A DNA stretch of 63,817 nt from a bacterium (GCA_040752695.1 JBFMGO010000023.1:1-63817); one strand, 5' to 3'. Shown: positions 22,001 to 32,683, counted from the stretch's first letter. The notes: a model not told the origin generated them from the sequence alone. Numbers and translations are program-made.

Positions 22001-22389
22001 TCGATCACATTCCTTCAGGCCGGGAGCGCATCTTATTGGTTGATGATGAAAGATCCCTGATCAAGGTTGGTCAGCGAATGTTAAAACACCTTGGTTATGA
22101 AGTCGTAGCTACTATCAGCAGTCTTGATGCCATGGAGATTTTTTGCGCTAACCCTGAGCAATTCGATCTGGCCATAATCGACCAAACCATGCCCATCATG
22201 AGCGGGACGGATTTGGCCAAAAGACTTATGGCCGTCCGACCGGAAATCCCCATTATTCTCTGCACCGGATACAGCGAGGCAGTAAATGCACAGAAGGCAG
22301 CGGAAATGGGGATCAGAGGGTTTATCATGAAACCTGTCGACAAGCACACCTTAGCCAAAACCATTCGTGATTCTTTGTCCATGCGCTGA
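19051..22389 (+). CDS. Hybrid sensor histidine kinase (Cache-like periplasmic domain, 3 PAS, HisKA, HATPase, REC)
   Basis: Two TM segments; PAS/PAC repeats; [14 protein letters not shown]-box; DPFFTTK, GTGLGL; REC with ILLVDDE, DQTMP, KP. Confidence 0.92.
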   Translation: MRISRESWKIGACVTTASVIIGIGWTLNHLKFQNAVVTQTQQQLLTIARTTVSGLEEFFIEYSNALKSISINPLIQEMVAKRITHKESDTDHCPVKDLYEIHRDGVSSLTIFDANGLLLDMHPFIKGMVGVDFSSIPDVASILREHKPCVGDMFYNYLGKPAIAISEPVFHDYAFVGIAQWMIEIDKISEVFFEPARIDGIGHAWVFDDRNILVSHPRKDLVGCSVFEAIKKIHLEMAGGGFDQEGIKEHIKTDHDYLNRVKIEGEGYGTDVNHLSRKNDLIAFKKIPIGKGTWYLIITAPYADIAGPIQENARNTLGLAGLLILFLTAGGLIIFKIQKRKAQLEIETVYLKQLAESAELLRESKEKLAGIIASVPDRISIIDEEYTLVWANQAVMDLFGQEVIGRKCYAAYHRRDRVCEPCLVRECFEDGKIHEQEKEVAQPGQENIHLWFIANVAAYHKDGQPRLVVEVSRDVTQRKSAEELLLRERNKAKKYIDIAGVMLVAIGIDQKVTLINKKGCEILGYREEEIIGQNWFDTFLPEEIRKTVKSVFESLIAGEIEPVEYFENPVLTKTGEQRIIAWHNTVITDEHGEIMATLGSGEDITDRKRIEKEMMRLVTAIGQAAEGIMILAPDWTIQYVNPAFEHMSSYNQKEVIGQNIQIFNGQYDQVFYKALTGIQAGGKAWSGSIVNRKKDGTAIELETTISPIKEKSGNIIDYVIIQHDITHEIIMEKRLRQVQKMEAIGTLAGGIAHDFNNILSAIVGYMELSLDEIPAESAVRDNIFEVLKASHRAAELIKQILTFSRQNESKREPLQLAPIVKEALKLLRASLPSSIQIHQNIAIRSGSVLADPTQIHQVLMNLGINAAYAMRDQGGVLEVNLVEMELGEEVVDGYSDLAPGPYLKVTMKDTGHGIAPENLDRIFDPFFTTKRPNEGTGLGLSVVQGIIKSHGGMITVSSTLGKGSTFCVFLPQIKEKDTQPEGTLDHIPSGRERILLVDDERSLIKVGQRMLKHLGYEVVATISSLDAMEIFCANPEQFDLAIIDQTMPIMSGTDLAKRLMAVRPEIPIILCTGYSEAVNAQKAAEMGIRGFIMKPVDKHTLAKTIRDSLSMR

Positions 22390-22402
22390 AATAAAGCATT
22401 CC

Positions 22403-22442
22403 GACCTGTTTCTCATGTACTGGACCTGTTTCTCATGTACTG
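22403..22442. repeat. Perfect 20-bp tandem duplication
   Basis: GACCTGTTTCTCATGTACTG x2. Confidence 0.85.
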
Positions 22443-22546
22443 TAGGTACGCTGCATACGGGCGGGCATAATCTCTGGCCTGAATACATGAAGAGTATGGG
22501 CGAGGGATTATGCCCTCTTGGGATGTAAAGAAAAGCGCTCATGAAA

Positions 22547-22909
22547 TTAATGTACTTTATGTCCGTTGCGGATTAACTGCTGCAGTTCCCCTCCAATGCT
22601 CAGCGGTTTAAAGAAAGGATACTGATCCTGAAGGGCTCCTATAATCGAGTAGATGGTCATGCAACTTCCTGCGGTAGGATGCTGACCGGATTCCGCCAGA
22701 TGCTCACTCCATTTCTCAGCCCAGGAGCACAGAACCCGCAGTTCGTGCCAGTTAATTTTAACGGTTACATCGTCTTGAAGAGAAAGTGGCTGGCTGGTGT
22801 CGCCACATGACGGGCAGGACGTTACTCCATTCAGTTGACCAGAGGTAAACTCCGAGCGGCAACGAATGCAGCGGGCTATCTTTTCTCTTTTCGATTCATA
22901 TTTTGTCAT
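22547..22909 (-). CDS. Hypothetical protein with N-terminal zinc-ribbon (CxxC...CxxC)
   Basis: CIRC...CPSC, then INWHELRVLCSWAEKW; ATG 22909 preferred. Confidence 0.6.
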   Translation of the reverse strand: MTKYESKREKIARCIRCRSEFTSGQLNGVTSCPSCGDTSQPLSLQDDVTVKINWHELRVLCSWAEKWSEHLAESGQHPTAGSCMTIYSIIGALQDQYPFFKPLSIGGELQQLIRNGHKVH

Positions 22910-23118
22910 TATCTTTGTAATTCCTTTCTGTAATAAAAAAAATCTTTTGCCGATAATCGACAAAATTTACAACATGTTATCATGCATCATGACCCATGTC
23001 AAGAGTGTAAAGGAATGTAAAGCGGCAAATTGTGCAAAAAGGGGGGAAGCAGAGGGTTAAATCTGCAATCAGCCCAAATGGCCTTCTCTTTTTCTCCTGC
23101 CGTCTCGAGATTGAGCTC

Positions 23119-23874
23119 TTACTGGATGCTTATTCCAACGATCAGAGGAAGATGGTCTGAAGCTATACGAGTCAGCCGTGTGCGCGGGGCATCGACGCTG
23201 TGGACCTTTATCTCAGGGCTGACAAAGGCATGATCAATGCGGATAAAAGGATAGATGGTCGGCCAGGTATTGAGGGGCCGATAATCGGTGAGGCAATGCT
23301 GGGCATCAAGCAGCATCCCCAAAAACCTTTGATAGACGAGAGAGCCGGGCCTTGCATTGAAATCGCCACAGATGACACATGGCGGCTGGCAGGTCGGATG
23401 GGCCAGCCAGTCCGAACCAAGCAGGGCGTCGGCCTGAGCCAGGCGTTCGCGGCGGCCAAGCCCCAAGTGGGTATTGATGATCTGAATGTCCCGGTCACCG
23501 ATGCGGATCGTGCTCCGCAGCGCCCCACGCCTCTCGGTGGAACGCAAACCCGGAAACCCCGGCAGTGCCCCTGCTCCGGCCAGGTGCATCGGATGCCGGC
23601 TTAAAATAGCATTCCCATAGCGCTCTTCCTCGATCTGGATGGAGGGATGAAAATGGAAATCCATATTCAAGTGGTCGGCAATAACCTGGGCCTGGTCGAC
23701 CCACCCTGTACGGGCACGGCCTACATCGACCTCCTGTAAAGCCACAATGTCAGGCTCATACTGTGCAATGACCTCGGCAATCCGAAAGGGAGAAATCTTT
23801 TTATCCGTCCCTCTGCAACTATGGACGTTATAGGTCATAATACGAAGTATGTTCGAGGAATCAAAGGCTACCAT
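23119..23874 (-). CDS. Endonuclease/exonuclease/phosphatase (EEP) family protein
   Basis: MTYNVH, ALQEVD, YGNAILS, NTHL, GDFN, RIDH, SDHLP. Confidence 0.9.
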   Translation of the reverse strand: MVAFDSSNILRIMTYNVHSCRGTDKKISPFRIAEVIAQYEPDIVALQEVDVGRARTGWVDQAQVIADHLNMDFHFHPSIQIEEERYGNAILSRHPMHLAGAGALPGFPGLRSTERRGALRSTIRIGDRDIQIINTHLGLGRRERLAQADALLGSDWLAHPTCQPPCVICGDFNARPGSLVYQRFLGMLLDAQHCLTDYRPLNTWPTIYPFIRIDHAFVSPEIKVHSVDAPRTRLTRIASDHLPLIVGISIQ

Positions 23875-23926
23875 AGGTGAGAAATACGATAGCAGATCGG
23901 CATAAAATTGTCAACTTTTTAGCACG

Positions 23927-23957
23927 AAAAATGGCGGGAAGAGAAATCCCGCCGTTT
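23927..23957 (-). terminator. Rho-independent terminator after tRNA-Sec
   Basis: Minus strand GGCGGGA-TTTCTCT-TCCCGCC followed by ATTTTT. Confidence 0.7.
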
Positions 23958-23981
23958 ATTTACCAAAACATCTACTTATGG

Positions 23982-24079
23982 TGGCGGGAATGTGTGGGAA
24001 TCGAACCCACCGCAGACCTTGTTAGGGCCTGCCACTGGATTTGAAGTCCAGGGAAGCCACCAGTGCCCCATCCATTCCC
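23982..24079 (-). tRNA. selC: tRNA-Sec (UCA)
   Basis: 98 nt; CTGGA-CTTCAAA-TCCAG anticodon arm, long variable arm, GTGGG-TTCGATT-CCCAC, extended acceptor GGGAATG/CATTCCC, G-CCA end. Confidence 0.95.
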
Positions 24080-24181
24080 GAAACTCTTCTCTCTATCTCA
24101 GTTTACTATATCTCAGTCTATCCTTAAATTCAAGGGATCAATTGTGGGGACAGATGTTACCTCTGTCCCCACAAGGATATT

Positions 24182-27100
24182 CTACCATGCCCACCATTTT
24201 ACCTGCTCGCTGGTGAAGACATGCTTGATTGCGGAAATAAAGCAATTGCCGCTGCCGCCGGACCCGCCGCCTGTGTTCTTGCTTGGGTCCTCAGTTGTTA
24301 CTTCCACCGGATCAGAGAATGAACTGAATGTCTCCGGTTTGTTCAGGCTGCGGATTGTGCAAACCTTATAGAGGTAGGTTGTTTTTGCCAGGAGTCCTGA
24401 ATCGGTATAGCTCATGACATCGGTATAGCTCTTGACATTGGAAAGGACTCTCGACACCTTCTGGTATTCCGCTTCACCTTTCACCTTTCGCCAGATCTCG
24501 AATCCTTCTTCCGTAAGGGAGCGGTCCTGCCAGCTCAACATGACTTTGGTGTCGGATAGAGCTTCGGCCAGGAGATTTTTCGGCCTGACCTGAAATACTG
24601 CCAGTCGTCTGCTTTCCCGAATAGAGAAGGCAACCACGCAGTTGTGCCTCTGCCCCGTACTATTATTGGCCGGATCTGCTTCCGTCAGCCGGATATTATC
24701 GATACCACCGGTTTTCCAGGAGGAGGAGGAGTCCAGGTATCGGATTTCAATATCATCCAGGATAGTTGAATTGGCATCCTGATATTGTTGGTCCTCACTG
24801 GCCTGAGAGTCAAATATCCGGTTCATGTCGATCTGGATGGAGACAGTCACCGGGTTGTCGGCGTTTATCCGTACCCACGACGAGGCCGTGGTATCCTGAG
24901 GCTTGCTGGCGGTGAGGGGCTCTAGGATCCGTAGATCGTAAATCGAACTCACCACATCTTCTCCAAGACTTCCACTGATAGTATTGGGGCTGCGATTCAT
25001 ACAGACTCGCAAAGGTCTTACATCCTTTACGGCATTGTTCGTATCCGCCTCGATTGGGTATAGTGCATAAGGAGGAATATCGATTCCTGAGAGGTCGACA
25101 GCACGGTCAGGAGAATCGGCGGCATCGGTATAGCCCATGGGGCCTGCGTGACCGCCCTCGACCATGGTCGTACGCACTTCAGTCTGGCTTATCGGGAATG
25201 ACGAAGATGAAAGCCCGGTGCTCTTCGGATGGATAATGAAGCGATAGGGGATTTCCCGGATACCGCTGCTTCCATACGATATCGTACACAGGATAGCTGC
25301 GCAGGCTGTTGTTGTGGAGGTTTTTTCATAGTAATCGTAATAGGTGGCTTCATAATGGCCGAATTTATTCCCGTATTGGTCTTGACCATCGTCTACCCAG
25401 AGGGCTTTGTAGTCCACTTTCCCGATAGCGACAAAGTTTGGATCATGAATCAAATCGACCTGCTTAATCTGCGACTGGTCGGCCTCTTGTGGATAGAAGA
25501 AAAGAGTGGTGACAAGGATTGGGTGACTGACATCCGACCTGTCCCATTTCTCCATGGAGGTGATCCGTAAATCAGGCAAATTTGACCAATTCACATTGCG
25601 GCCCACCTTGAGTTTCAACCGGTCGCGGGAATTGGGGTCAACGGGATTTTCCGACTGATCGGGATTTACGGCAAATCCTTTCCCAAGGTTAATCTCTACG
25701 ACAGGATCGAACTGACCGTTCGGATCAAAGGCTGCCAGTTTAAAGGTTCCTTTGGGAAGGTACAGTTGATATCTGCCATCGGAGTCGGTCTGGGCAAAAT
25801 AAGGATAGACAGTTCCCAGCAGTGAGGTGGCTGTCACCATGATATTCCTGTGAAGAGGAACTTCATATTGCTCGTCATCCTCTCCGACGAGCTCAAGAAT
25901 CTCACTGGCCACTTTCCCCGCCTGGTGACTGAGCTGAATATCTTTTACCACAGTCTTACCGGCGCAGAGCGTAGTTTTTCCGGTAATTTCTCTCGCATAT
26001 TCCGGAGCCGAGACGATGAGACTGTATTGGCCCGGCGGAAGATCGGGAAGCGTAAACCTGCCGGATGTATCCGACTCAGTGTACTTACCGCGCATTCCCT
26101 TAACCTGTATCACGGCATTGGCAATTGGGTTACCGCTTTCTTTCCCGGTAACTTTTCCCTGAATGGTTCCCAGGCCAGTAACCATAATCAAAACCTTCTG
26201 ACTGGACAGATTATCGCACGATGAGCTGTTCTGGCAGTCGCAACTGTCCTTTGCAGTAACCGTTACCCAATGGTTGCCGACATCGTTCAGACCCGTGGTA
26301 CGGGAATCGCTTGTCATCCAGCCGGAGTAGGAAATATCTACCTCGTCTCCATCCGCATCATCTACGTCCGGGCAGAAAGTAACGGGCTGACCGGCATAAA
26401 CCACCTGTGGAGGAATAAATTGCAATTCTGGTGGATGATTATCCGGGGTGCTGGAGGTGCAATCGTCATCCAGACCATTGCAATGGATTTCCTGTGCCGA
26501 AGGGTTAATAGCGCTGTTGCTGTCATTACAATCCCGGGCATTTTCAACATAATTCGGATGCCCGCTGCATTCATTAAAAAACATCGAATCGGACGGGTCA
26601 CCAAATCCGTCATTATCTTTATCATGATAGTATCTTTTGACGCTGCCATTATCTGCGATGCCGTCACAATTGTTGTCGATACCATCGTCACAGATTTCCG
26701 AAGCTCCGGGATGAATATCTGCCCGAAGGTCATTACAGTCATCAGATGCATACCTGACCCACCCTGCAGGCTGAACACCCGGGCAGAATCTTCGGATACT
26801 GAGAGCGTTCCCGTATCCGTCACCGTCCCAATCTTCATAATAGATAATACCATCTCTGGGGTTGTCGTCTTTCTCGCCGTTGCCATCATTATCCTTGCCA
26901 TCGCAGATTTCCGGCGCACCGGGATAGACATGGGAGTCGGAATCATCCAAATCGAATTCCCCCATTTTGGCAAAATCAACGTAACCGGTTGGGACGTTGC
27001 ACTGTTCGATGAAGTGGTTCGGGTCACCATAACTATCTCTATCCTGATCCAGATAGTAGCGGTTGTTCACCTTGACGGTATGATCTTCGGTGGGATCATC

Positions 27101-30100
27101 GACATCAGGCTTTCCGACGGCTAAGGAGCCCTGGTCCTTGAAGGCCATCTTGTACTTCAAGGTCCCGTTTCCCTTGCAGGTTAATGTTTTTTCAAAGGTA
27201 AAAATCACGCCGTTAGGATCGGAGTAATTGAGAGCATCACCTTTCGGAACCATCAGGAAAGCCTCGTCAGAACCGTACTGGCCGTTTCCATTGACATCTA
27301 TCCAGCAGATTTCCTGCACAGGAGAATCACCGTCCGCGTCGTAATACCTCACTTGAAATTCATAGATCCATTTGTCAGAGTCGATTAAACGGGCACCTGT
27401 AGTAGCATTGGCTTGCGGCCAGCTCAGTTCAGGAGCATGGTTTATAGAGAATTTCCCTCCCTGTACAGGTGCGCCTGTAGCGAAATTTTTTCCATCCGAG
27501 GCCCAGAACCAGTACGTGAAGACCCCGTCCCCGCCGCCGCGGCTGAACTGCTGGTTTTGTAAAGAGTAGATCCTGCCTGCGGTAATGGGGTTTTGAGACG
27601 AACTGGTGAGCAGGAACTTTTCCGTCACGGCAGTCGATGGATCGGTATTGTGTTCGACCCACAGCTCTACTTTCCCATTCTCCGGAGCATCTCCGTCCGC
27701 GTCCTTGTAGAGTACCTTGAAGCTGAAACGAGTGTCCGTCGGACTGGAATTTGGATCGACTCCATCCTGCTGATATCCCGTGCCGCTCACCCAGCTCAAA
27801 ACGGGCTGCGACCCCGATACATTTACCTTTACGCGTAATTCCTCGGTCTTAACCTCACTTCCCGCACTGGTCCTGTCAGAGAAACAGAACAGGAACGGGA
27901 TCTGAGCTCCTCCAAGGGAACGCAAGTTTATCTTCTTCTCGTAGAGAACCCCCTCACTGTACTTTTTATCTATCGGATCCTTGCGGAGTAAATTATATTG
28001 TTTTTCGTTATCCTCATAGGTTCCGTTGCCGTTTTCGTCTATCCATACCTGATACACCCTCGGAGTGTCTTCATCCTGGTCGTAATAGGTAACTTGGAAG
28101 GTGAAGGAGGTTCCTCCATTTCCCTCACCTGGTGTAACCTTCGCAAATTTCAGCTCTGGGCGGTGGTTCAAGAATAGATTACCATCCTGAGTAGGCTCGC
28201 CCGTGGCCAGGTTTTTCCCATCATGAGCATAGAAGCGGTAGAGGATCTTTGCCTGACCGTTGTTCGAAAGCTGGCCGGACCAGCTATAGTACTTGCCATC
28301 CTTGTACTCGGTGTCTGCCGAATCATCTTGAGACATGGCATGCCGCTCGGCAGGAAACTCATAGACGCCGTTACCATTTTCATCCACCCATACCTGCATG
28401 GCACCAGGAGGATCACCATGCGCCCCGTCCACGTCTGTGTACCGTACGTGGAAGGTAAACCGACCGTCAACATCCTCAGACTCGGAGGCGGTTCCCTCGT
28501 CCAATGTCGGAACATTCCCGACCTTTTTCACCTCGACGATGCCGGTTGGAGAATTGGCATCACCCATGAAAAACTGATAGGTGAAATGATTGGATGCTTC
28601 TGAATCATAGAAAATTATCAAAGCAGGATCAAAGAGAATCGTCGGCTGCGAAGCGGGCCGGTATTCCTTTCCCTCTTTGTAGCTTTTTTGGGCAGCATCC
28701 TTTTCAGCCAGAGAAAATTTTTCACCCTCCTGCCTGAACCCATCGTCATTGAAATCAATCCAGAGAAACCCTAACCCTGAAGGAGGAGGATCATTATCCA
28801 GATCCTTATAGGTAGTCTGGAACTGAAAAGTGCCCCCGCCATTACCACGGTTCGGATCAACGGATGCCGTCAGCGTGGGGAGCCGGTCGATCATAATGGT
28901 TTTGGCAAGGGTGGGTGCCCCGGTGGCTGACCTGAAGCAGTTATTAAAATAGAATCGATAGGAAAATTCTCCACCCCCATCGACATTCATCACTTTAGAG
29001 AAGGTGTAGACATCGTTCTCCACCTTATCGGGATTCAGCTTTTCACTCGATTCATACTCGCTGTTGTTATTCGTATCAATCCAGAGTTGATGCCGTATTT
29101 CTGTCGTCGGGTCCGGGCAGGAATCCGATCCTTCCGGATTCTGATACCGCACTTTAAAGGTAAACGTATCACCACAATACCCCTTGCTCGGCTTTACTCC
29201 ATTGGTGTATCCTGCGTCCTGGGTATATGACAGGGTCGGTGCAGCGTGAGTGGAACTCACGGTTATGGCATAGTCTTCGGACTCGGCTATGAGCACGTTG
29301 CTGACATACGAGCGGAAGCTGTACTGCAACACCCCGTCTCCGGCGTAGGAAATCGACTGATTCCGCCAGTACTCCTTGCCGTTGGTACAGTCCGGATTTG
29401 AGGTAGAAGGCTGCATGATCAGTTCTTCACTCCCTTGCGCTATGCCGTCGTCATTGAGATCCAGCCAGAGTATTTGTTTATCCGGCAACTGTTTGTTCGG
29501 GTTTGTGTACTTTACCCGAAAGGTAACGACACAAGGTGCGGTGACGCTGTCTGGGGTGTTTACCCGCTGGAAGGTGATCAGATTGAAGGGGACGGTGCGA
29601 TCCCCTGCCGCATTACCCCTGGCCATATTTTTCCCGTCATGGAAAAAGAACCGGTACTTTAAATTTCCATCCTGCGGAGCCGTTTCAATGTAAACCGGCA
29701 GCGTATAAAGGCCGGTATACGTGCCGCTGCTATTGTGCGAGTATTCGTCCATAAGGAGCCTTTCGGTGACAGGCTCGTATATTCCATCGTCATCTAAATC
29801 CACCCAGACTTCATAGCCCGGATCCAGCCATGTTTCATAGCCCGAATCCAGCCAGTCCCCGCGACGCGGCCCCGGAGGGTCATTGTCAACATCAGTATAC
29901 CTGACCCGGAAAGCGAGCATATACCCTATGCCGCCGGGCCCTGGAGTCACCTTCACTCCGGCGCTTTGATAACCATCCTCACCGGTCCAGTCAATGACGG
30001 GTGAATTGCCGTCATGCAGAACATCCAGCTTGCCGACCGGCCGGTAATCCGGAGTACAGGATACCCCGTTCGGGTCAGCCTGGTTATGAGAGTCACTGAA

Positions 30101-32500
30101 ATCAAATTTGTAGGTAACTTTCTGGGAAAGCAGGTTTTCCGGCCCCTCATACAGCAAAAATACGTTCGTCGTATAGTCGCGGCCGACACTATATTCGGAA
30201 TCGTCGTTCGGATCGGCTGCCCTGAGGTCGTATTTTTCCTCATCCTGGACTTTTGTATCATTATTCCGGTCTATCCAGAGCTGACTGACAGAAGGCGGAT
30301 CATTATCCTGGTCCTGGTAATGTACGGTAAAGGTGTAAAAATTCTCTCCTCCCGGTCTAACATAACCTCCTTCTTCCACTCCGCACAGCACTGGCAGGGA
30401 GTTCACCACCACCAGCCTGTCCGCGGCAGGATCCCCGGTTGCAAAGCTGCTGGGATCGTAGCCATAGAAGCGGTAGCGGTATCTTCCATCACCTCTATAG
30501 TCCAACGTTAATTCACGGCTGTAGATATCGCTGTTCGACTGAACCGGGTCCATCGAGTACTTTTCCGATCCCTCGTAGATGCCGTTATCGTTGGAGTCGA
30601 TCCATACCTGAACCTTCATGTCGTAGGAAGCGGAAGGATAGGAGGAAGTGAATTTTACCTTGAAAGTTCTTTTAACCTCCGGTGCCGTTATATTGGGATC
30701 CACCCCGTCATTGGTATAACCTTCGGTTCCAACCCACTTCAACCTTGGCAGGGATTCAGGGGGAGGGGAAGTAACGGTGAGTGTCTGATCAATAGCCGGC
30801 TTTCCCGTAGCAATGTTACCACTTGCCTCAAAATAGAACCGATACCGATAGGAGTGGTCTGAATTCGGGTTGTACTTCAGCCTTAAGCTCGGGTTTGTGG
30901 AGTAGATGCACCCCTGGCTGAAAGTCTGGGTATCTGTCCACAGATCATGCTTCTCCTCGATTTCGTAGATGCCGTTATCATTTTCGTCCACCCAGATCTG
31001 ACGGGCGGAGGGCGCGATATTCTGGCTGTTCATGTACTTGACCTTAAAGGTAAAATAGCTTCCTCCTGCCCCACTGTCAGGATCTACACCATTTGCATAG
31101 ATACCATCCTGCGCGATCCAGTCCAGGGTCGCATAGGTGCTGATGGAATAGTTAAAGTAGGCGGCATTCTCGTTGGAGTCCAGCCAGGTCACATAAATAT
31201 CGTCTTTGGTCTCGTCACAGCACAATCGTGCATTGGCTGAGGAAGAAGCACTGCTGTTTGTCTTCTTCAGATAGATCTCATTCTGCCAGAGCTCACCGGA
31301 ATTCAATGAGTAATTCACGAAAACGTTCAGCCCCATTGAAGACCGCACCTGCCTCCAGCTCACTGCCACCAGCCCCTGGTTGGTGCAGCCGATACTGGGA
31401 TCATACGATGCATTGGTGTATCCGCCGTCAACCCTCCTCGGCACTCTCCAGGTTATCTGCTGACCGCTCACAGCGATATTGCACTGGCTTTCGTAAACAT
31501 GGTCAGTTCCATTACGCTTATCGAGCCAAACCGCATAAACGTTTTTTGCTGAATCACAGGCAAGACGAAGATTCTGGCAGTTACCCGAATTTATATCGTT
31601 TACCTGCATAGAACCTGTGCTGTCATCGCTGGCGTTTTTGAAATAGATTTTTTTCCCATCCTGAATCCAGGCTATATAGACATTATCGCTCTGGGTTTCC
31701 CTGATCATCTGCAGGTCGGATAACGACGTGCCGGTGGCCAATGGACGCGGCGTCCATGTCTGGCCGTAATCCGTAGAGCGGCTATAATAAGCGCCCGGGC
31801 TCGCCGTCCCCTGATCGATCCAGGCCACATACACCATGTTGCCGGCTGCGGTTATCTGGAGGAACCGGCAATTGGCATTATGGTTCGGGGCAGAGTCAAG
31901 GCGCAGGTCCTCCGACCGCCAGGTCTTGCCGTAATCCGTAGAATAGTTCAGGAAAACCTCCCCTTGAGCGCCATAGCGGGAATCCGTCCAGATGACATAC
32001 ACTTCCCCCTGCCGGTTACAGGCGATCTGAGGGTTTGTGACTCCGGCCGGACCATTGTTAATACGAATATCGTGGCTTTGCCAGGTCTGGCCATGATCCG
32101 CTGAATAGTTGAAATAAACTTCCCCCCCTGAGCCGTTGCGGATATCCACCCAGACTCCATAGACATGACCGGTATCATCACTGCAAACCTGAAAATCGGC
32201 AGATGAGGAGACTGCCGCGTTCTGGCTGTTTATGGGAATGGCGGGGGAAGACCAGTTTAATCCGCGGTCATTGGAAGAGCGTATGAAAATCGAATCCCTG
32301 GTTCCTGTATTCTCGATCCAGGCCAGGAAAATCTGGCTTTGACGGTTGCAGAAAATTTTGGGTTGAACCAGTTTTACCGGACCGGTACTCATCTTTTGTT
32401 CGGCAGAAAAACTAACCGTTGCAGAATCAGCCGGCGAACAGTTCCACAAAATCAGGACTGATATCAGCAGTAAACAGATTGGAAATCTCCTTCTTTTCAT
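24182..32500 (-). CDS. Giant secreted/surface protein: BNR-type beta-propeller, ~11 repeated acidic modules, 3 MopE-like metal-binding motifs, carboxypeptidase-regulatory-like domain, FN3, Gly-rich CFI C-terminal motif
   Basis: Signal peptide; S.D.G.TW Asp-boxes; repeated F.F.V.Y.D.D.D.P...W(I/V)D.N.NG; DC(N/D)D...PGA.EIC.G.DN.C; GGGSGGSGNCFIS tail. Confidence 0.85.
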   Translation of the reverse strand: MKRRRFPICLLLISVLILWNCSPADSATVSFSAEQKMSTGPVKLVQPKIFCNRQSQIFLAWIENTGTRDSIFIRSSNDRGLNWSSPAIPINSQNAAVSSSADFQVCSDDTGHVYGVWVDIRNGSGGEVYFNYSADHGQTWQSHDIRINNGPAGVTNPQIACNRQGEVYVIWTDSRYGAQGEVFLNYSTDYGKTWRSEDLRLDSAPNHNANCRFLQITAAGNMVYVAWIDQGTASPGAYYSRSTDYGQTWTPRPLATGTSLSDLQMIRETQSDNVYIAWIQDGKKIYFKNASDDSTGSMQVNDINSGNCQNLRLACDSAKNVYAVWLDKRNGTDHVYESQCNIAVSGQQITWRVPRRVDGGYTNASYDPSIGCTNQGLVAVSWRQVRSSMGLNVFVNYSLNSGELWQNEIYLKKTNSSASSSANARLCCDETKDDIYVTWLDSNENAAYFNYSISTYATLDWIAQDGIYANGVDPDSGAGGSYFTFKVKYMNSQNIAPSARQIWVDENDNGIYEIEEKHDLWTDTQTFSQGCIYSTNPSLRLKYNPNSDHSYRYRFYFEASGNIATGKPAIDQTLTVTSPPPESLPRLKWVGTEGYTNDGVDPNITAPEVKRTFKVKFTSSYPSASYDMKVQVWIDSNDNGIYEGSEKYSMDPVQSNSDIYSRELTLDYRGDGRYRYRFYGYDPSSFATGDPAADRLVVVNSLPVLCGVEEGGYVRPGGENFYTFTVHYQDQDNDPPSVSQLWIDRNNDTKVQDEEKYDLRAADPNDDSEYSVGRDYTTNVFLLYEGPENLLSQKVTYKFDFSDSHNQADPNGVSCTPDYRPVGKLDVLHDGNSPVIDWTGEDGYQSAGVKVTPGPGGIGYMLAFRVRYTDVDNDPPGPRRGDWLDSGYETWLDPGYEVWVDLDDDGIYEPVTERLLMDEYSHNSSGTYTGLYTLPVYIETAPQDGNLKYRFFFHDGKNMARGNAAGDRTVPFNLITFQRVNTPDSVTAPCVVTFRVKYTNPNKQLPDKQILWLDLNDDGIAQGSEELIMQPSTSNPDCTNGKEYWRNQSISYAGDGVLQYSFRSYVSNVLIAESEDYAITVSSTHAAPTLSYTQDAGYTNGVKPSKGYCGDTFTFKVRYQNPEGSDSCPDPTTEIRHQLWIDTNNNSEYESSEKLNPDKVENDVYTFSKVMNVDGGGEFSYRFYFNNCFRSATGAPTLAKTIMIDRLPTLTASVDPNRGNGGGTFQFQTTYKDLDNDPPPSGLGFLWIDFNDDGFRQEGEKFSLAEKDAAQKSYKEGKEYRPASQPTILFDPALIIFYDSEASNHFTYQFFMGDANSPTGIVEVKKVGNVPTLDEGTASESEDVDGRFTFHVRYTDVDGAHGDPPGAMQVWVDENGNGVYEFPAERHAMSQDDSADTEYKDGKYYSWSGQLSNNGQAKILYRFYAHDGKNLATGEPTQDGNLFLNHRPELKFAKVTPGEGNGGTSFTFQVTYYDQDEDTPRVYQVWIDENGNGTYEDNEKQYNLLRKDPIDKKYSEGVLYEKKINLRSLGGAQIPFLFCFSDRTSAGSEVKTEELRVKVNVSGSQPVLSWVSGTGYQQDGVDPNSSPTDTRFSFKVLYKDADGDAPENGKVELWVEHNTDPSTAVTEKFLLTSSSQNPITAGRIYSLQNQQFSRGGGDGVFTYWFWASDGKNFATGAPVQGGKFSINHAPELSWPQANATTGARLIDSDKWIYEFQVRYYDADGDSPVQEICWIDVNGNGQYGSDEAFLMVPKGDALNYSDPNGVIFTFEKTLTCKGNGTLKYKMAFKDQGSLAVGKPDVDDPTEDHTVKVNNRYYLDQDRDSYGDPNHFIEQCNVPTGYVDFAKMGEFDLDDSDSHVYPGAPEICDGKDNDGNGEKDDNPRDGIIYYEDWDGDGYGNALSIRRFCPGVQPAGWVRYASDDCNDLRADIHPGASEICDDGIDNNCDGIADNGSVKRYYHDKDNDGFGDPSDSMFFNECSGHPNYVENARDCNDSNSAINPSAQEIHCNGLDDDCTSSTPDNHPPELQFIPPQVVYAGQPVTFCPDVDDADGDEVDISYSGWMTSDSRTTGLNDVGNHWVTVTAKDSCDCQNSSSCDNLSSQKVLIMVTGLGTIQGKVTGKESGNPIANAVIQVKGMRGKYTESDTSGRFTLPDLPPGQYSLIVSAPEYAREITGKTTLCAGKTVVKDIQLSHQAGKVASEILELVGEDDEQYEVPLHRNIMVTATSLLGTVYPYFAQTDSDGRYQLYLPKGTFKLAAFDPNGQFDPVVEINLGKGFAVNPDQSENPVDPNSRDRLKLKVGRNVNWSNLPDLRITSMEKWDRSDVSHPILVTTLFFYPQEADQSQIKQVDLIHDPNFVAIGKVDYKALWVDDGQDQYGNKFGHYEATYYDYYEKTSTTTACAAILCTISYGSSGIREIPYRFIIHPKSTGLSSSSFPISQTEVRTTMVEGGHAGPMGYTDAADSPDRAVDLSGIDIPPYALYPIEADTNNAVKDVRPLRVCMNRSPNTISGSLGEDVVSSIYDLRILEPLTASKPQDTTASSWVRINADNPVTVSIQIDMNRIFDSQASEDQQYQDANSTILDDIEIRYLDSSSSWKTGGIDNIRLTEADPANNSTGQRHNCVVAFSIRESRRLAVFQVRPKNLLAEALSDTKVMLSWQDRSLTEEGFEIWRKVKGEAEYQKVSRVLSNVKSYTDVMSYTDSGLLAKTTYLYKVCTIRSLNKPETFSSFSDPVEVTTEDPSKNTGGGSGGSGNCFISAIKHVFTSEQVKWWAW

Positions 32501-32644
32501 AACACCATAACCTCCTGATTGTACAGAGAAAAAGCCGTAGAAGTAACAAGTGGTATTGACCTATCGTCTCGAATGATCTCTCCTGCAGATTATTCGAGCT
32601 CTCTTTAATTATAACTTATCCGAAAAGCGGGTACAAATTTAAGG

Positions 32645-32683
32645 AGGCCCTGACGGAAATTCCCCACTTTTCCGTCAGGGCCT
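32645..32683. terminator. Strong 15-bp hairpin upstream of the giant gene
   Basis: AGGCCCTGACGGAAA / TTTCCGTCAGGGCCT perfect inverted repeat. Confidence 0.55.

Noticed and set aside
23931..23940. TGGCGGGAA copy of the tRNA-Sec 3' end as an att site
   Set aside because: Only 9 bp, forms one arm of the terminator hairpin, and no integrase is nearby.
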